From positions 31,868,001 to 31,932,000 of the forward strand of contig NC_043001.1 in NCBI RefSeq assembly GCF_006345805.1: DNA of 64,000 nucleotides, read 5' to 3'. Positions 25,468-38,659 of this stretch are shown one piece after another (position 1 is the stretch's first letter; every line of letters starts with the position of its first letter). The position numbers and the translations under genes were made by a program. Below the pieces are notes generated by a model. The model saw only the letters and a list, made by a program, of their open reading frames with translations. It had not been told where the DNA came from and searched no databases. Source of the stretch: Octopus sinensis. Lineage: Eukaryota.

Positions 25468-25701
25468 GCCTAACCAGGCTCATGAGCCCGGTTTCCCGGT
25501 TTCTATGGCGTATGTGTTCCCCAGCAGGACGGGACGCCAGTCCATCGCAGCGTTACTCATTTTTGCCAGCTGAGTGGACTGGAGCAACGTGAAATGAAGT
25601 GTTTTACCCAAGAACACAACGCGTCGCCCGGTCCAGGAATCGAAACCACAATCTTACGATCATGGTGCTGACACCCTAACCACTAAGCCACGCGCCTCCA
25701 C
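25468..25701 (-). mobile_element. tRNA-derived SINE family C
   Basis: Minus: gcgtggcttagtggttagg (A box), gtttcgattcc (B box), central gatggactggcgtcccgtcc resembling a V/Meta-type core; TSD tgtgaaatgatt at 25447 and 25703. Confidence 0.85.
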
Positions 25702-25819
25702 CTGTGAAATGATTGCATTACTAAAAGTCTTCGATAAGAAAATTCCTCCATCAACATTAGCATTTTCAATCTTTGCGCTCATACGAGGTATGAGCGAGGA
25801 AACGTAGTTCCGTGTTCCA

Positions 25820-26148
25820 CCAGCCCTCAAAATTAGTTAGGGTTAGGGGTGGGGGGAAGGATATATTTTTTTCTTCAGAAATGTAAATAAACCCAATTTG
25901 TTTCTTAAACGAGGGACATATTCATACGGCACAGAATGTTTTCATCTCAAGAGACGTCATTGATTTGTTGAAATTGCAGAAATTGAAGAAAAAAAACCAA
26001 CAAATATCTTACAAACCATTGAATTTTCGCAATAAAGCCAAGAGAAAAAGATATTTTATAAACACATTCTACAAGTATACGAAGTTTAAAAGTGTTTAGT
26101 TACGTGGAAATTATTTAATAAAACTGCCGGTCAAACCGAAAAGATCCC
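25820..26148. mobile_element. MITE with internal TTAGGG repeats, partial
   Basis: Body homologous and inverted to 59340-59644; terminus aactgccggtcaaaccgaaaagatcc. Confidence 0.7.
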
Positions 26149-26869
26149 TTAAATGTTACTTAATTCAATGACAAACACATTTAAACTTTTTCTTTCCTGT
26201 CAATGAGAATTTCTTTCTAAGGAATTCTGCTTTACAACTCCCTAATGTTCTTTAAAAAACAACAAAAATCAACAGACAAATAAGCAATATAGTTCTTGCA
26301 CAAAGGTGTTGATACAAAATACTTCTTACTAGTATTTGTAAAATTTACCAAAATATTTTACCATTTCCAGAAATTTACTCAGAATGTCAATGACTACACT
26401 TTTTCTTTACTAATATCCTTAAAATATCTTATAATCTTAGATAACCACACGATATCAGCATTAGACTTGATGGTTAATAACTTTTTATTTCTTCCTTCTT
26501 CTCCATAATTGAAACAGATTGTATAATTCATATTCTTTTCAAACCATATTTACCCAATGAAACTATCTCTGTATGTTTAATTTTCTCTAAAACACTAATT
26601 TTGATATTGCTCAATGATCAGTACTTTCATTTCAAAATTTGACAGTAAAAATATCCCCACATAAACTGATAGCAAATTTTGATAAATTCTGTTGCACCCT
26701 CATTATATCCATATACACTCATATATACATAGGGACAGGGACATTTGATATAATATACAATAAGATGATAAATATTACACTATACTATATTATATATACA
26801 ATACTATGATAAAATATAATATACTTTACTATACTGTAATATATGTTATACTATACTATAATATAAATA

Positions 26870-27100
26870 AGGCGGCGAGCTGGCAGAAATGTTAGCATGC
26901 TGGGCGAAATGCTTAGCAGTATTTCGTCTGTCGTTACGTTCTGAGTTCAAATTCCGCTGAGGTCGACTTTGCCTTTCATCCTTTCGGGGTCGATAAATAA
27001 AGTACCAGTTTCGCACTGGGGTCGATGTAATCGACTTAATCCCTTTGTCTGTCCTTGTTTCTCCCCTCTATGTATAGCCCCTTGTGGGTAATAAAGAAAT
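26870..27100 (+). mobile_element. SINE family B (tail variant 1)
   Basis: Full length; TSD atactataatataaat at 26853 and 27103; inserted in an (ATACT)n-like tract. Confidence 0.92.
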
Positions 27101-27268
27101 ATATACTATAATATAAATCAATATGTCATAGTATACTATACTATAATGAAAAATAATATACCATACTATACTATACTATAATATAGTATAATATAATAAA
27201 ATATAATATGATATAATATAATATGTATGTATAGACTACAGTGAGCTGGCAACCATTGAGCCATCGTC

Positions 27269-27310
<42 letters not shown>

Positions 27311-27658
27311 ATATGTATACACACACACACATGTGTATATAATCTATTTCCCTGGAAAAAGAAGAGGAAAAGAAACTTGTCTGCAACCAAATCAATAAGA
27401 TGTTCCACTAAAAAGGTTGATGGTTTGTACTCTTACAGGTGTAGCATAGATCCCCGCCACCCAAGTGGGAAAACCGCAGTAGCAGGTGTTACGTAGCACC
27501 ACATGAAATTAGCCCCGAGTAATCAAACCTCTTATCAACGATATTCTATCCGCGCCTATCCCATCGGTACTTTCAATTATAGTGCACCCATTCTGTAATT
27601 CATTGTTTGAAGACAGAAAGGCGTGAAATAACAGTAATTTGCTTATCATTTTTAGCAG

Positions 27659-27766
27659 GTCGAGCGAACAGGTAAATTGCCCTCGATGGTTCACAATGTA
27701 ATCGTGTATTATGAACCAGTGTTCCATGATCCGCAACAAGAAGCAGGAACTCTGTATATTGAAGCA
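27659..27766 (+). CDS. Candidate coding exon (unverified)
   Basis: tttttagcag|...|gtgagt, 108 bp, open phase 0-0: VERTGKLPSMVHNVIVYYEPVFHDPQQEAGTLYIEA; the acceptor overlaps repeat family E sequence. Confidence 0.2.
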
Positions 27767-27974
27767 GTGAGTCACTCGCTTGCAATCATGTAATTTTCAA
27801 AACCTTTATAAAAGATGTGTTATGCTGCAATGTAATGCATTCTAATTCCAGTTTATTTCTTCAACAACGACAACAACAACACCAGCAGAAGCAGGAGTGA
27901 AATGAAGACAGAATTAATGAAGACAATTTGCTTAAAAAGAAGTTTGGTTCACTCAAAAATTGTAAAAAAAAAAA

Positions 27975-28034
<60 letters not shown>

Positions 28035-28809
28035 AAGTCCTGCCAGAGTCAATCCAGTGTCGATAATATCTCGTATGTTCTACTCGACAACATTATTGAA
28101 GGTAGGTACAGGTCCTGTGATTTCTGGTGATTTGTGAGGAAAAAAAATCGGTAAAAGAAATCCTGGAAAAATAAACTAAATAATTTTATAGTTTTCTTAC
28201 CGTCTGGAATAGCGAACCTATTACTTAATGCTATGAAAGAAATCAATATTTTAAATGGCTATGAAGGCAATAAAGTTTCATTAAAAGCAGGACAATGCAC
28301 TAAAACCCTTGCAGTATATTCACTTCCATCTCATTCCGAACATGTCATCATACACAAGAAGTGAACTAATACATATAAATATAAGGTAACTTTTGAAATT
28401 ATGGTTTGAACTTTATATATGCGATTAATAAACGTACTGGTCCTCTGTCACTAGTTATGTATGCATGTATGTATGTTCTTGGCTCATACACTCCTCTCCG
28501 TACACTTTCTGCAACTTTGTGTAGGCCTCTGAACAAGTATCACCATGACAACTTTCTCTTTAATGGTCAATGCGACGATCACACGCTACACACCTTCCTT
28601 CCAATCACTGTTGTAAACAGCGGAAGTGAGCTAGAACGTTAAAACTTTGTGTGCAGAGTTCAAGGTCAATCTTTGCCCAGCAGCTTCACTCTGCGTGCTT
28701 TAGCTTTATTACTATGGCAACAGTTCGGATACTTAATGATCACACCATATGCATGATCAGACTTATTACTGATCAGACCGTATGTATGTATGTACATATG
28801 AATATACTT

Positions 28810-29001
28810 TTTTCTACTCTAGGCACAAGGCCCGACATTTTGGGGGAGGGGGCCAATCGATTATATCGGCCCGAGGATGCAACTGGTACTTAATTTATCG
28901 ACCCAGAAAGGATGAAAAGCAAAGTCAACCTCAGTAGAATTTGAACTCAGAACGCTAAGCATTTCGCCTGGCGTGCTAACGTTCCTGCCAGCTCACCGCC
29001 T
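28810..29001 (-). mobile_element. SINE family B (tail variant 2)
   Basis: Family B head and body with the alternative tail tttctactctaggcacaaggcccg (as read on +). Confidence 0.85.
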
Positions 29002-29089
29002 AGTACATATGTCGTAAGACACCTGCTGTTATCCTGTTATTAACCATTCTTGTTTTTATTTTTATTTTTATATTCGTCCTTGTTGCGTT

Positions 29090-29290
29090 TACATTCGTTC
29101 CTTTTTCCAAGAAATCTAATGCTCACAGCTTAGTTTTTCCTTGGGGCTGGCCGTGTTGGAGCAAATTTCAGAATTAATCAGCCGAAATTTGCTATGATGA
29201 TCCGGTTTCTGACTGAAGATTAAAGGCTTCGAATGACCCGTCTGTTTTCTGTGTTCGTCCCTTTGTGTATTTCACGTTCTTGTTTCTTTA
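29090..29290 (+). repeat. Unclassified dispersed repeat, family F
   Basis: ccaagaaatctaatgctc..attaatcagccgaaat..gactgaagattaaaggcttcgaatgaccc; inverted homologue at 60660-60990. Confidence 0.75.
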
Positions 29291-29324
29291 TATATAATTT
29301 TTATACCTATATATATACCTATAT

Positions 29325-29374
<50 letters not shown>

Positions 29375-30299
29375 CTCTTTTTGCTTGCAGGTGTGTTTTA
29401 TACGTTTGTCCTGCATGTCTGTGACTAAATTTTATTTTGTAACCTTGTGTCTATACAAGAAACCAATGTTGTTGATTAGCTCAAGGTCAGACTTAATCGA
29501 GAAAACCTATGATGGAAGATGCTGCAACTACGATGATTCCGTTTAATCTTTCATGTATAATATATCTAATGCTACATTATCGAATGTCTCCTTTTTTTGT
29601 TTAAGAAAGATATGATTCTGAGCAAGTTAGCTGTTATTTCGTGTAATAGGGTGCAGTCACATAGAACCTCTTAATTATTTTGTAGAAAATAAAAACGGAG
29701 CTGCTTGAAGGCCGAGGTAACGTTGCAGGTTCGATGATCCCGAATGCAGAGAGCCATGTTTACTTCCAGTAACCATGCTTCTAACGACTTTAATAAACAA
29801 CACAACATCCCATTTAATCGTATCGTACAATCAGTAAGGAATCCTGTACCTTTATAACAAACAAATCAGCACTTTTGGAGGTTGCTATTGATTTCATATT
29901 TGGTAAAAATGAAATATAAAACTTTAACAAAAATATAGCAATGAAGAAACAAATAACCGAAAGAAATATTCATTATGTTACTACGGTTAAATCATCTTCC
30001 ACAAGACAATATTATGAACAATGATAACATCTGTAAGCAGAATATTATCTATAATTATATCTATAATAATATCGCATAGAAGAAATCATTATAAGCTCAT
30101 ATTTGATACAATCTGCAAAGGAATAAAAATCCTTTCCGAGATATATGTTCGGAATCGTAACTACTGTGAGAATATCGACTCTAAATCATATTTACTAACT
30201 GAATTTGTGTAAATTCCACGTTTATAAATGACCGATACTGGGCATAGTGACAACTTTAGCACGGCCAGTGGATTCCAGCCGTGCAATGCAAAGCTTATA

Positions 30300-30302
30300 T
30301 AC

Positions 30303-30365
<63 letters not shown>

Positions 30366-30376
30366 TACATATATAT

Positions 30377-30407
<31 letters not shown>

Positions 30408-30680
30408 TACATATATATACATATATACATACATATATATATATACATACATATATACATATACATACATATATACATACATACATATATATATACATAC
30501 ATACATATATATACATATATATATACACATACATACATATATATATGTATATATACATATATATATGCACACACACATACATACACGTGTGTGTGATATT
30601 AGGTGAGTATGTATTAAAGTTCACGCACACATACGTGCAGAGAGAAAGAGAGAGAGAGAGGGAGAGAGAGGGAGGGAGAG
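30300..30680. repeat. TA/CATA/GA compound microsatellite
   Basis: Direct reading. Confidence 0.95.
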
Positions 30681-31255
30681 AGAGAGAGATAGTTCAGGTA
30701 ATATTCCGTCTGATGACGTAATGCAATATGTACATTCAATTAGTGCTCAAGTTCACTTAGTACCTAAAACTCCGACTTAAGCTGCGTCAAAAACAAAAAA
30801 AAAGCAATCATGTTTTAGCTGTCTAGCAATGAATGGCTATAGCCTGTTTATCAAGGAGCAGGTACATCTACAGTAGAATGAAAGTATGAAGAGGTAAACA
30901 ACTTCCATCGATTTAGATTATGGCATTAATATTTTTAAACATAATTATTGAGTTGTTGAAAAGGAACTAAGAAGGTGACCAGATAGTCTCTTACAGCTGT
31001 TTCAGAAATAGGTGCGCATTTCCATGCAAACAAAAATAAGCTATCCGTATAATAGCAGTCTATTTCATCTTCAGAAAGAAAATGAGGTAGATGCTTAGCA
31101 GAGAATTTTAGTGGCGATCAGATCCATCGTAGGAAAAAAAATGAGGTAGATCATTAATGGAAGGTTTTGGTCTACTAGTAGAACAAATAAAACTCAAACA
31201 ATTTGGTTGGAGTTCATATTTATGCACACACACACCACGCACATACACACACACA

Positions 31256-31311
<56 letters not shown>

Positions 31312-31423
31312 GCGCATATATATCAATACACACACACGCTCACACATATACATAAATATACATACATACATACACACATACATAAATATACATACATACA
31401 CACATATACATAAATATACATAC

Positions 31424-31511
<88 letters not shown>

Positions 31512-31709
31512 CGACAATATTAAAAATAAAAGAATACTCCCTTACTTCTTACTTATGTATGTACTCAAATGCAGACACATATCAATACACACATACGCAC
31601 TCACACATATACGTAAATATACATATATATAGACAATATTAACAATAAAAGATTACTCTCTTTCTTTTTACTTATATATGAACACACACACAGACATATA
31701 TATATACAT

Positions 31710-31746
<37 letters not shown>

Positions 31747-31747
<1 letters not shown>

Positions 31748-31950
31748 GGTGTCTTCAAAACAGATTTAGATCTTCTCCTGTCAAAGGTTCCAGATGAGCC
31801 TGCCTCACCGCAGATAACAGATTGAAAGCAGCAGTATGAAACTCCCCCATTTACCAAATGTCTCATATGAGAGGAGGTTCCAAATAATTGTGTAGCAGAG
31901 CCAACGGTGGTGTCCCAGCATGACCGCAGCTTTAAAGCTGAAACACTTTC
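31747..31950 (+). mobile_element. CR1-like LINE 3' end
   Basis: VFKTDLDLLLSKVPDEPASP..KAAV*NSPIYQ, then tail ggtggtgtcccagcatgaccgcagctttaaagctgaaac. Confidence 0.7.
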
Positions 31951-32113
31951 AAGAATTTAAAGAATACACACACACACACACGTACACATACACATATGCA
32001 CATGCACACACACACATCATTGCTATTATGCAAAAGTGTCGTGTGTATATATGTATATATATATATAATATATATATATATATAAATTTTTTCTTTTGCC
32101 CTTGTTTATAAGT

Positions 32114-32146
<33 letters not shown>

Positions 32147-32205
32147 TTAGCTCCTACACGCATCTTTTTCTTTCCTTGTTTCTCTCCTTGTTTTTTTTCT
32201 GTGTA

Positions 32206-32334
32206 TCTTTCTGTCGAAGAGCGTAGGCTCGAAACGTAAAAGACTTGTTCTATTTCTATTCCGCCATACTATTACATTTGTTTGTTTGTACTCCACCTGC
32301 CTTCGTCTTTTGTTTATTTTCGTAAACCTTCCCG

Positions 32335-32335
<1 letters not shown>
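32206..32335 (+). mobile_element. Hammerhead-like PLE-type terminal repeat, family G copy 1
   Basis: tcttt CTGTCGA a gagc gtag gctc GAAAC GTA aaaga, then a conserved tail ccacctgccttcgtcttttg. Confidence 0.7.
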
Positions 32336-32384
<49 letters not shown>

Positions 32385-32859
32385 GTATTTATGGACCAAA
32401 GGAACACATAGACGTACAGCCTATGAGAAGCATTCAAAATCTACCCAGTCTGAACTAGCACAAACTAGACAAGAAATCAATTCAGAAAGAGATCCCCGAA
32501 CAGGACTGGTCCCAATCTCTCTGACAACGACATGAAATTGAAAACATTCGTGTTCATAATGCAAGCCATATGCAACAATTTTGTCCTAGCGAGAAAGGCC
32601 ACTGTATATAAAGACAAGATTCTCAGAAAAGGGAAAATTCTTATGTGATGGCGTAAAAAGACTGCAAACAGCCTCAGCAGAGAACTCAAGTGAAAGGGCC
32701 AGCTTAGTCACGTCCTGTGTCACTTTGAACCTCCCTGAGAACTACGTTAAGTGCATGTGTGTGGAGAGTTGAACTACTTGCACGTTAATTTCCCCAGTTG
32801 GCTGTTCCGTTGATCGGATTAACTGGTACCTCCCCGTCGTGACCGACGGAGTGCCATTC

Positions 32860-32900
32860 ATTTCAATATATATAAGTATATATAAGTATAATGAGCATTC

Positions 32901-32951
<51 letters not shown>

Positions 32952-32980
32952 CAATCCATATAAGCACACACACACATACA

Positions 32981-33011
<31 letters not shown>

Positions 33012-33134
33012 GTATAATGTATATAATATGTATAATGTACATATGTATAATGTACATACATATGTATAATGTATATATATATATATATACATACAAATAA
33101 TGTATATTATATATATATAAATATATATAATGCA

Positions 33135-33184
<50 letters not shown>

Positions 33185-33381
33185 ATCCATATATGCACAC
33201 ACATACATACATACATATAAATGTATATAATATATATATATATACATACATATACGTATATTATATATGAATATATATAATGCAAATAATTTAGGTATGT
33301 TTCTCCATTTTCTCATTTTGTATATATATATATAATGTATATATATATATATATATGTGTGTGTATATATGTATATATATA

Positions 33382-33454
<73 letters not shown>

Positions 33455-33500
33455 CATATATATATATATACATATATATATATATGTGTGTGTGTGAACT
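32860..33500. repeat. TA-rich compound microsatellite
   Basis: Direct reading. Confidence 0.95.
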
Positions 33501-33867
33501 CTGTATCAGTATTCTCTATTCTTTATTTAGGTTAGGGGCCGATAACATGACCAGTATTGGCCCTCGTTGGTCTAAGCGGCTCTCCCAGAGACCATGCAAT
33601 GGTGTTGAATATTAAAGATGGTGAATCTTGAAAAACGCGGTACTTTATGGTTAAAACTGACTTCCAGCCCAGTATCGCTCTAATAAATATTAAATTACTA
33701 GTATTCACCAAATGCATATTTTATATTAAATATTCTGTTTATATCACTATAATATTATTGAATTTTCATTGCTCCTAATCAATTTCAGTATTTTCTAAAC
33801 ATTTTAAATATTTTTATATTAAAAAGAAGTAACGACACAAAATAATGAAAGAATTACTGTTTTAAAT

Positions 33868-34097
33868 AAGGCAGCGGGTTGGCAGAAATGTTAGCATGAT
33901 GGGCGAAATGCTTTGCGGTATTTCGTCTGCCGCTACGTTCTGAGTTCAAATTCCGCCGAGGTCGACTTAGTCTTTCATCCTTTCGGGGTCGATTAAATAA
34001 GTACCAGTTACTGGGGTCGATATAATCGATTTAATCCCTTTGTCTGTCCTTGTTTGTCCCCTCTATGTTTAGCCCTTTGTTGGCAGTAAAGAAATAA
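33868..34097 (+). mobile_element. SINE family B (tail variant 1)
   Basis: Full length; TSD aagaattactg(t/c)tttaaat. Confidence 0.9.
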
Positions 34098-34178
34098 GAA
34101 TTACTGCTTTAAATCATGATTTTTCTTTTTTATTAATTATGCTCTTTAGTATTATTTTAGAAATGTACGATAGATTAC

Positions 34179-34407
34179 AGGTAAGTTCTTTGCCATCAAT
34201 TTACCGTGAAGAAAGTTCACATTGAGGAAAGCTCACCGTGAGGAAATTTCACCGCGAGAAAAGTTTACTGAGAAAAATAGCCATAGCATCTCATCCTTAA
34301 TAGCTAACAACTATTTTATTGAAAAAAAAAAAAAAATGAAATTAGAATTGTGAATTGATCACGGTGAACTTTCTCTTCAGAGAATTGATGACGCTGAACT
34401 TACCGGA
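34179..34407. mobile_element. MITE with ~25-bp TIRs and subterminal 16-17-bp tandem motifs
   Basis: ggtaagttctttgccatcaatt / aattgatgacgctgaacttacc; repeated tcaccgtgaggaaa and inverted cacggtgaac. Confidence 0.55.
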
Positions 34408-34533
34408 CATGTACATGATATGCGGTCGATAAATTATCAAACATTCCGTGAAGAGATCAATGGTATAAGAAGTTTACCGATCCCGGATTTTGGTTCATCC
34501 TGGGTGAGCGGATATAGTTGTTACATATTGGGG

Positions 34534-34605
<72 letters not shown>

Positions 34606-34627
34606 AGCTAGCTAGCTATGTGTCTAC

Positions 34628-35010
34628 TGCGAACATTGCCCAAACGACCTGAACATTAGTTTCAAGGTTCATCCAAGGCTGGAACCACGGGCCATACGTC
34701 CCCTGCCCAATTCAGGATCACTGCAACATAATTTCTTTTCCTCAACAGGCCCTGCCCTGTTTAACATTATCCCGAAAGAGATCAAAGAGGTTAAGGATCC
34801 CATCAACTTTAAACGGAGTTTGAACAGATTTCTTCAAGGAATACCGGATAAGCCACCAATACGTGGATACAACTCACTCAGCAAAAACTCACTGCTTGAA
34901 TGGACCATCAACAAAACTTGACTTAAACAGGATTTAGATAATCCTATCAGGTGGTGCTATTAAGTTAGACATAGCCTAGACCAATCTTTGGTAGAAACAT
35001 ATCTAAGTTT
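34628..35010 (+). mobile_element. CR1-clade LINE 3' end
   Basis: Open stretch HNFFSSTGPALFNIIPKEIKEVKDPINFKRSLNRFLQGIPDKPPIRGYNSLSKNSLLEW*, plus 3' UTR; two more copies at 49297 and 54720. Confidence 0.85.
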
Positions 35011-35553
35011 TATACATACATACATACATGCATACATACATGCATACATACATGCATACATACATGCATACATACATATATATATATGTGTGTGTGTGTG
35101 TGTGTACAAATATCTGTCTAAATACGACAAATTTGTATTCTGTGTACCAGTATTCTGTATACTTTACTAAGAGTAGGGGCAGTCAAAGTGACCAGCATTG
35201 ATCCTTGTGGGTCTCAGTAGCTCTCCAAGAGGTCAATAAACACCTGAAATGATTTTGAGTGCTGAAGATACTAAATTATCAGCGAACTGAATTTTGAACC
35301 TGAAGTGGCAAAAAAAAAAAAAAAAAATCAAATATGCTTCTTAACGGACCGGAACGATTTCACGAGGATGTTTTCGGTTTTTCAGCGATGCATTGTCCAA
35401 ATGCTCGGAACAGTCAGTCAACTAGAAAGTGTGTAGAATTTTTAGGGCGTCAGAAGAATGTTTTGCAGTATTTTCTCCTGTCGAGCTCAATTTTGTCTGT
35501 CTGTTTGTCCGTCTGTCTTTGTACCAATCCAATCCAATCCAATCAATCGATCC

Positions 35554-35617
<64 letters not shown>

Positions 35618-36290
35618 GCATATAATGAATCGTTCTTTGTTCTCAACTTTAACGTTTCTCTCATCTGCATGTATCATAACCACAGCTCTTCTGCTTTTCC
35701 GAAGTCCATTACCAGTTCGATAATGGACATATTGGGCTTAGCTATACACCCACAACGTAACATCTGTACAAGAAGCACCACACACCCAACCATCTCTTTT
35801 GCTCACACAATGTCTTATGTCCTTCATATTATATTTAGGCTCTTCCTTTTATGCACCCACACATATCGTTTTTTTTCAAGACAACAGCCAGAACTTATTT
35901 GGCAGATCATACCATGTGATAATGTTAGAGCGCATTCTTCTGAAACACACACACACACGCACACATTCACGTGTGTGCGTGTGTGTGTGTAAGCATGCTT
36001 CCTTGACCTGAAGTACAGTCTGTGTCTGGGATTTGGGTTCTCGGCCTTGGCGCACTGGTGAATGACGTCTTTAACATGACACAGGAAGAGAACGCAAAAG
36101 GTGGTCATGCTGGATATGCGTATCGATACATACATACATACATACACACATACATACATACATATATTTATATATGCCTATATGTATACATATATATGTA
36201 TGAATATATACACATATATATGTGTATATATATATATATACACACACATATACATAAACATATAAATTTGTTTATGTATGTATGTATGTA

Positions 36291-36357
<67 letters not shown>

Positions 36358-36397
36358 TGCACACATTTTTTCTCTCTCCTTGTTTCTTTCTGTGTTC

Positions 36398-36525
36398 CTT
36401 TCTGTGGAAGAGCGTAGGCTCGAAACGTTAAAGACGATTTCAATTCCCGAGCGTTATACTAATACATCTGTTTGTTTTCTACACCACCTGTCTTCGTCTT
36501 TTGTTTTTTTTCGTGAATTCTCCCT
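36398..36525 (+). mobile_element. Hammerhead-like repeat, family G copy 2
   Basis: cttt CTGTGGA a gagcgtaggctc GAAAC GTT aaag plus the same tail. Confidence 0.7.
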
Positions 36526-36552
36526 AAATATATATATATTATAATAAGATAT

Positions 36553-36610
<58 letters not shown>

Positions 36611-37249
36611 GTGTGTGTGTGTGTGTGTATGTACGTACATATATGTACAAATGTGAATGTATGTACGTATATATATATCTAAATAGACGTAAATATATAC
36701 CGGCATATACAGAAATACACACACACACACACACACACACACATACGCACATACACACATACATACACACATCGTGAAAAGAATGACAAACAAACAAACA
36801 AACACAAATAATACAATAAAAAATAAATGGAAAAATATTGTCGGAAAAGGCATAAAAGTCATTAGGAAGGAAAGAGAGAAATGAAAAATGTCGCAGAGAG
36901 GAATTGCGACTATGAACACCAACTAAAGATACAGTGATGGTTACGAGATACGAGAGAATCCTTCGTTTTTGTAGCTTGCATTTTATATATATTTATATTA
37001 TATTATTTTTTTTTGCTTCCTTTCCTATTTTTTTTTTGTCTTGTCTCTCGCTCTGTGTCTCTCGCTCTCTCTTTAACCCTATCTGTCTGTCTGTCAGTCT
37101 CCTTCTGTTTCTCTCTGTTTTTCTCTCTTCCGCTATTTTTTTTTTTTTTTTTTTTCCCATTCGCTCGTTCGTCGATATTCCATCTCTCTTACTCGGTTTT
37201 CTTGACTTAAACCAGGCAGTAACAGCTTGTCTATTTATCAGCCGGAATT

Positions 37250-37448
37250 ATTGCAGAGGTAGCAACAGCAGTAATACCAGCAGCAGCAGCGACAGCACCA
37301 GCAGCAGCAGTAGTAGCGACGGCGGCGGCGGTGGTAGCAACACAAGGAGCAGCAGCAGCAGTAACAGCAGCACTAGCAGAAACATCAGTGGCCGTTATTC
37401 TGGCCGCAGCATTCTCCTCAGCACCAGTAGCAATTGGATGACAAAAAT

Positions 37449-37488
<40 letters not shown>

Positions 37489-38170
37489 ACAACAATGACA
37501 ACATTAACAACATCATCATCATCATCAACATCAGCATCATCGTTATTGTCGTCGTCATCATCATCACTATCGCCAGCATCATCGACGTCGCTGTCATCAT
37601 CATCGTCATCTACGTCGTTGCCATCATCATCGTCATTATCATCATCGTCATCGTCATCGTCATCATCATTGTCATCATTATCATCGTCATCATCGTCGTC
37701 ATCGTCGTCGTCATCATCATCGTCATCATCATCGTCATCATCATCATCGTCATCGTCGTCGTCGTCGTCGTCATCATCATCATCGTCATCATTATCGTAA
37801 TCATCATCTCGTCATCATCACCATCATCATCGTCATCATCATAATCGTCATCGTCATCATCATAATCGTCATCGTCATCATCATCATCATCATCGTCATC
37901 ATCATCATCATCCTCATCATCGTCGTCGTCGTCGTCGCCATCACCATCTTCATCGTCATCATCATCATCGTCATCATCATAATCGTCATCGTCAGCATCA
38001 TTATGGAGTGCAGCAGCAAACAAATAACAAGAATAACAATAAGAAAAATCAGTCTTTCACTTGAGAACACAACAGCGAACAGTTGCAACAGCAGCAACAA
38101 ACAGCTGCAGCAGCAACAGCATTTGCAAACAGAACCACCCAGCCATGGCATAATAATAATAATAATGATA
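37250..38170. repeat. CAG/TCA/TCG degenerate trinucleotide field
   Basis: Direct reading; produces poly-S, poly-D and poly-M ORFs. Confidence 0.95.
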
Positions 38171-38180
38171 ATAATAATCA

Positions 38181-38384
38181 TCTTTTTTTACTATAGGCAC
38201 AAGGGCCTGAAATCTGTGGGGTGGGGATAAATTGATCACATCGACCCCAGTGCTTGATTTATCGACCCCAAAAAGGATGACAGCAAAGCCGCCTTGTCGG
38301 AATTTGAACTCAGAACTTGAAGACGGACGAAATGCCGCTAAGCATTTTGTCCGGCGTGCTAACGATTCTGCTAGCTCGCCGCCT

Positions 38385-38434
<50 letters not shown>

Positions 38435-38659
38435 CTTTTTTTACTATAGGCACAAGGGCCTGAAATTTGTGGGGTGGGGGTAAAATGATCACATCGACCC
38501 CCCCCCCCAGTACTTGATTGGTACTTAATTTATCGACCCCAGAAAGGATGACAGGCAAAGCCGACCTTGTCGGAATTTGAACTCAGAACGTGAAGACGGA
38601 CGAAATGCCGCTAAGCATTTTGTCCGGCGTGCTTAACGATTCTGCCAGCTCGCCGCCTT
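38181..38659 (-). mobile_element. Two tandem near-identical SINE family B (tail 2) copies separated by (TAA)n
   Basis: 38181-38386 and 38433-38659 share private variants (gtggggtgggg, ttgtcggaatttgaac, cattttgtccgg). Confidence 0.9.

Noticed and set aside
25836-25850. Telomere or interstitial telomeric site
   Set aside because: Only two hexamers, inside a MITE body.
34950-35000. Hammerhead in CR1/SINE-A tails (hairpin + GAAAC)
   Set aside because: No CUGANGA upstream and no stems I/III; better explained as a LINE recognition stem-loop.
36934-37800. 288-aa Ser-rich ORF and overlapping poly-Asp/poly-Met ORFs
   Set aside because: Built from TC-rich and TCA/CAG repeats; open on both strands; no domain or splice evidence.
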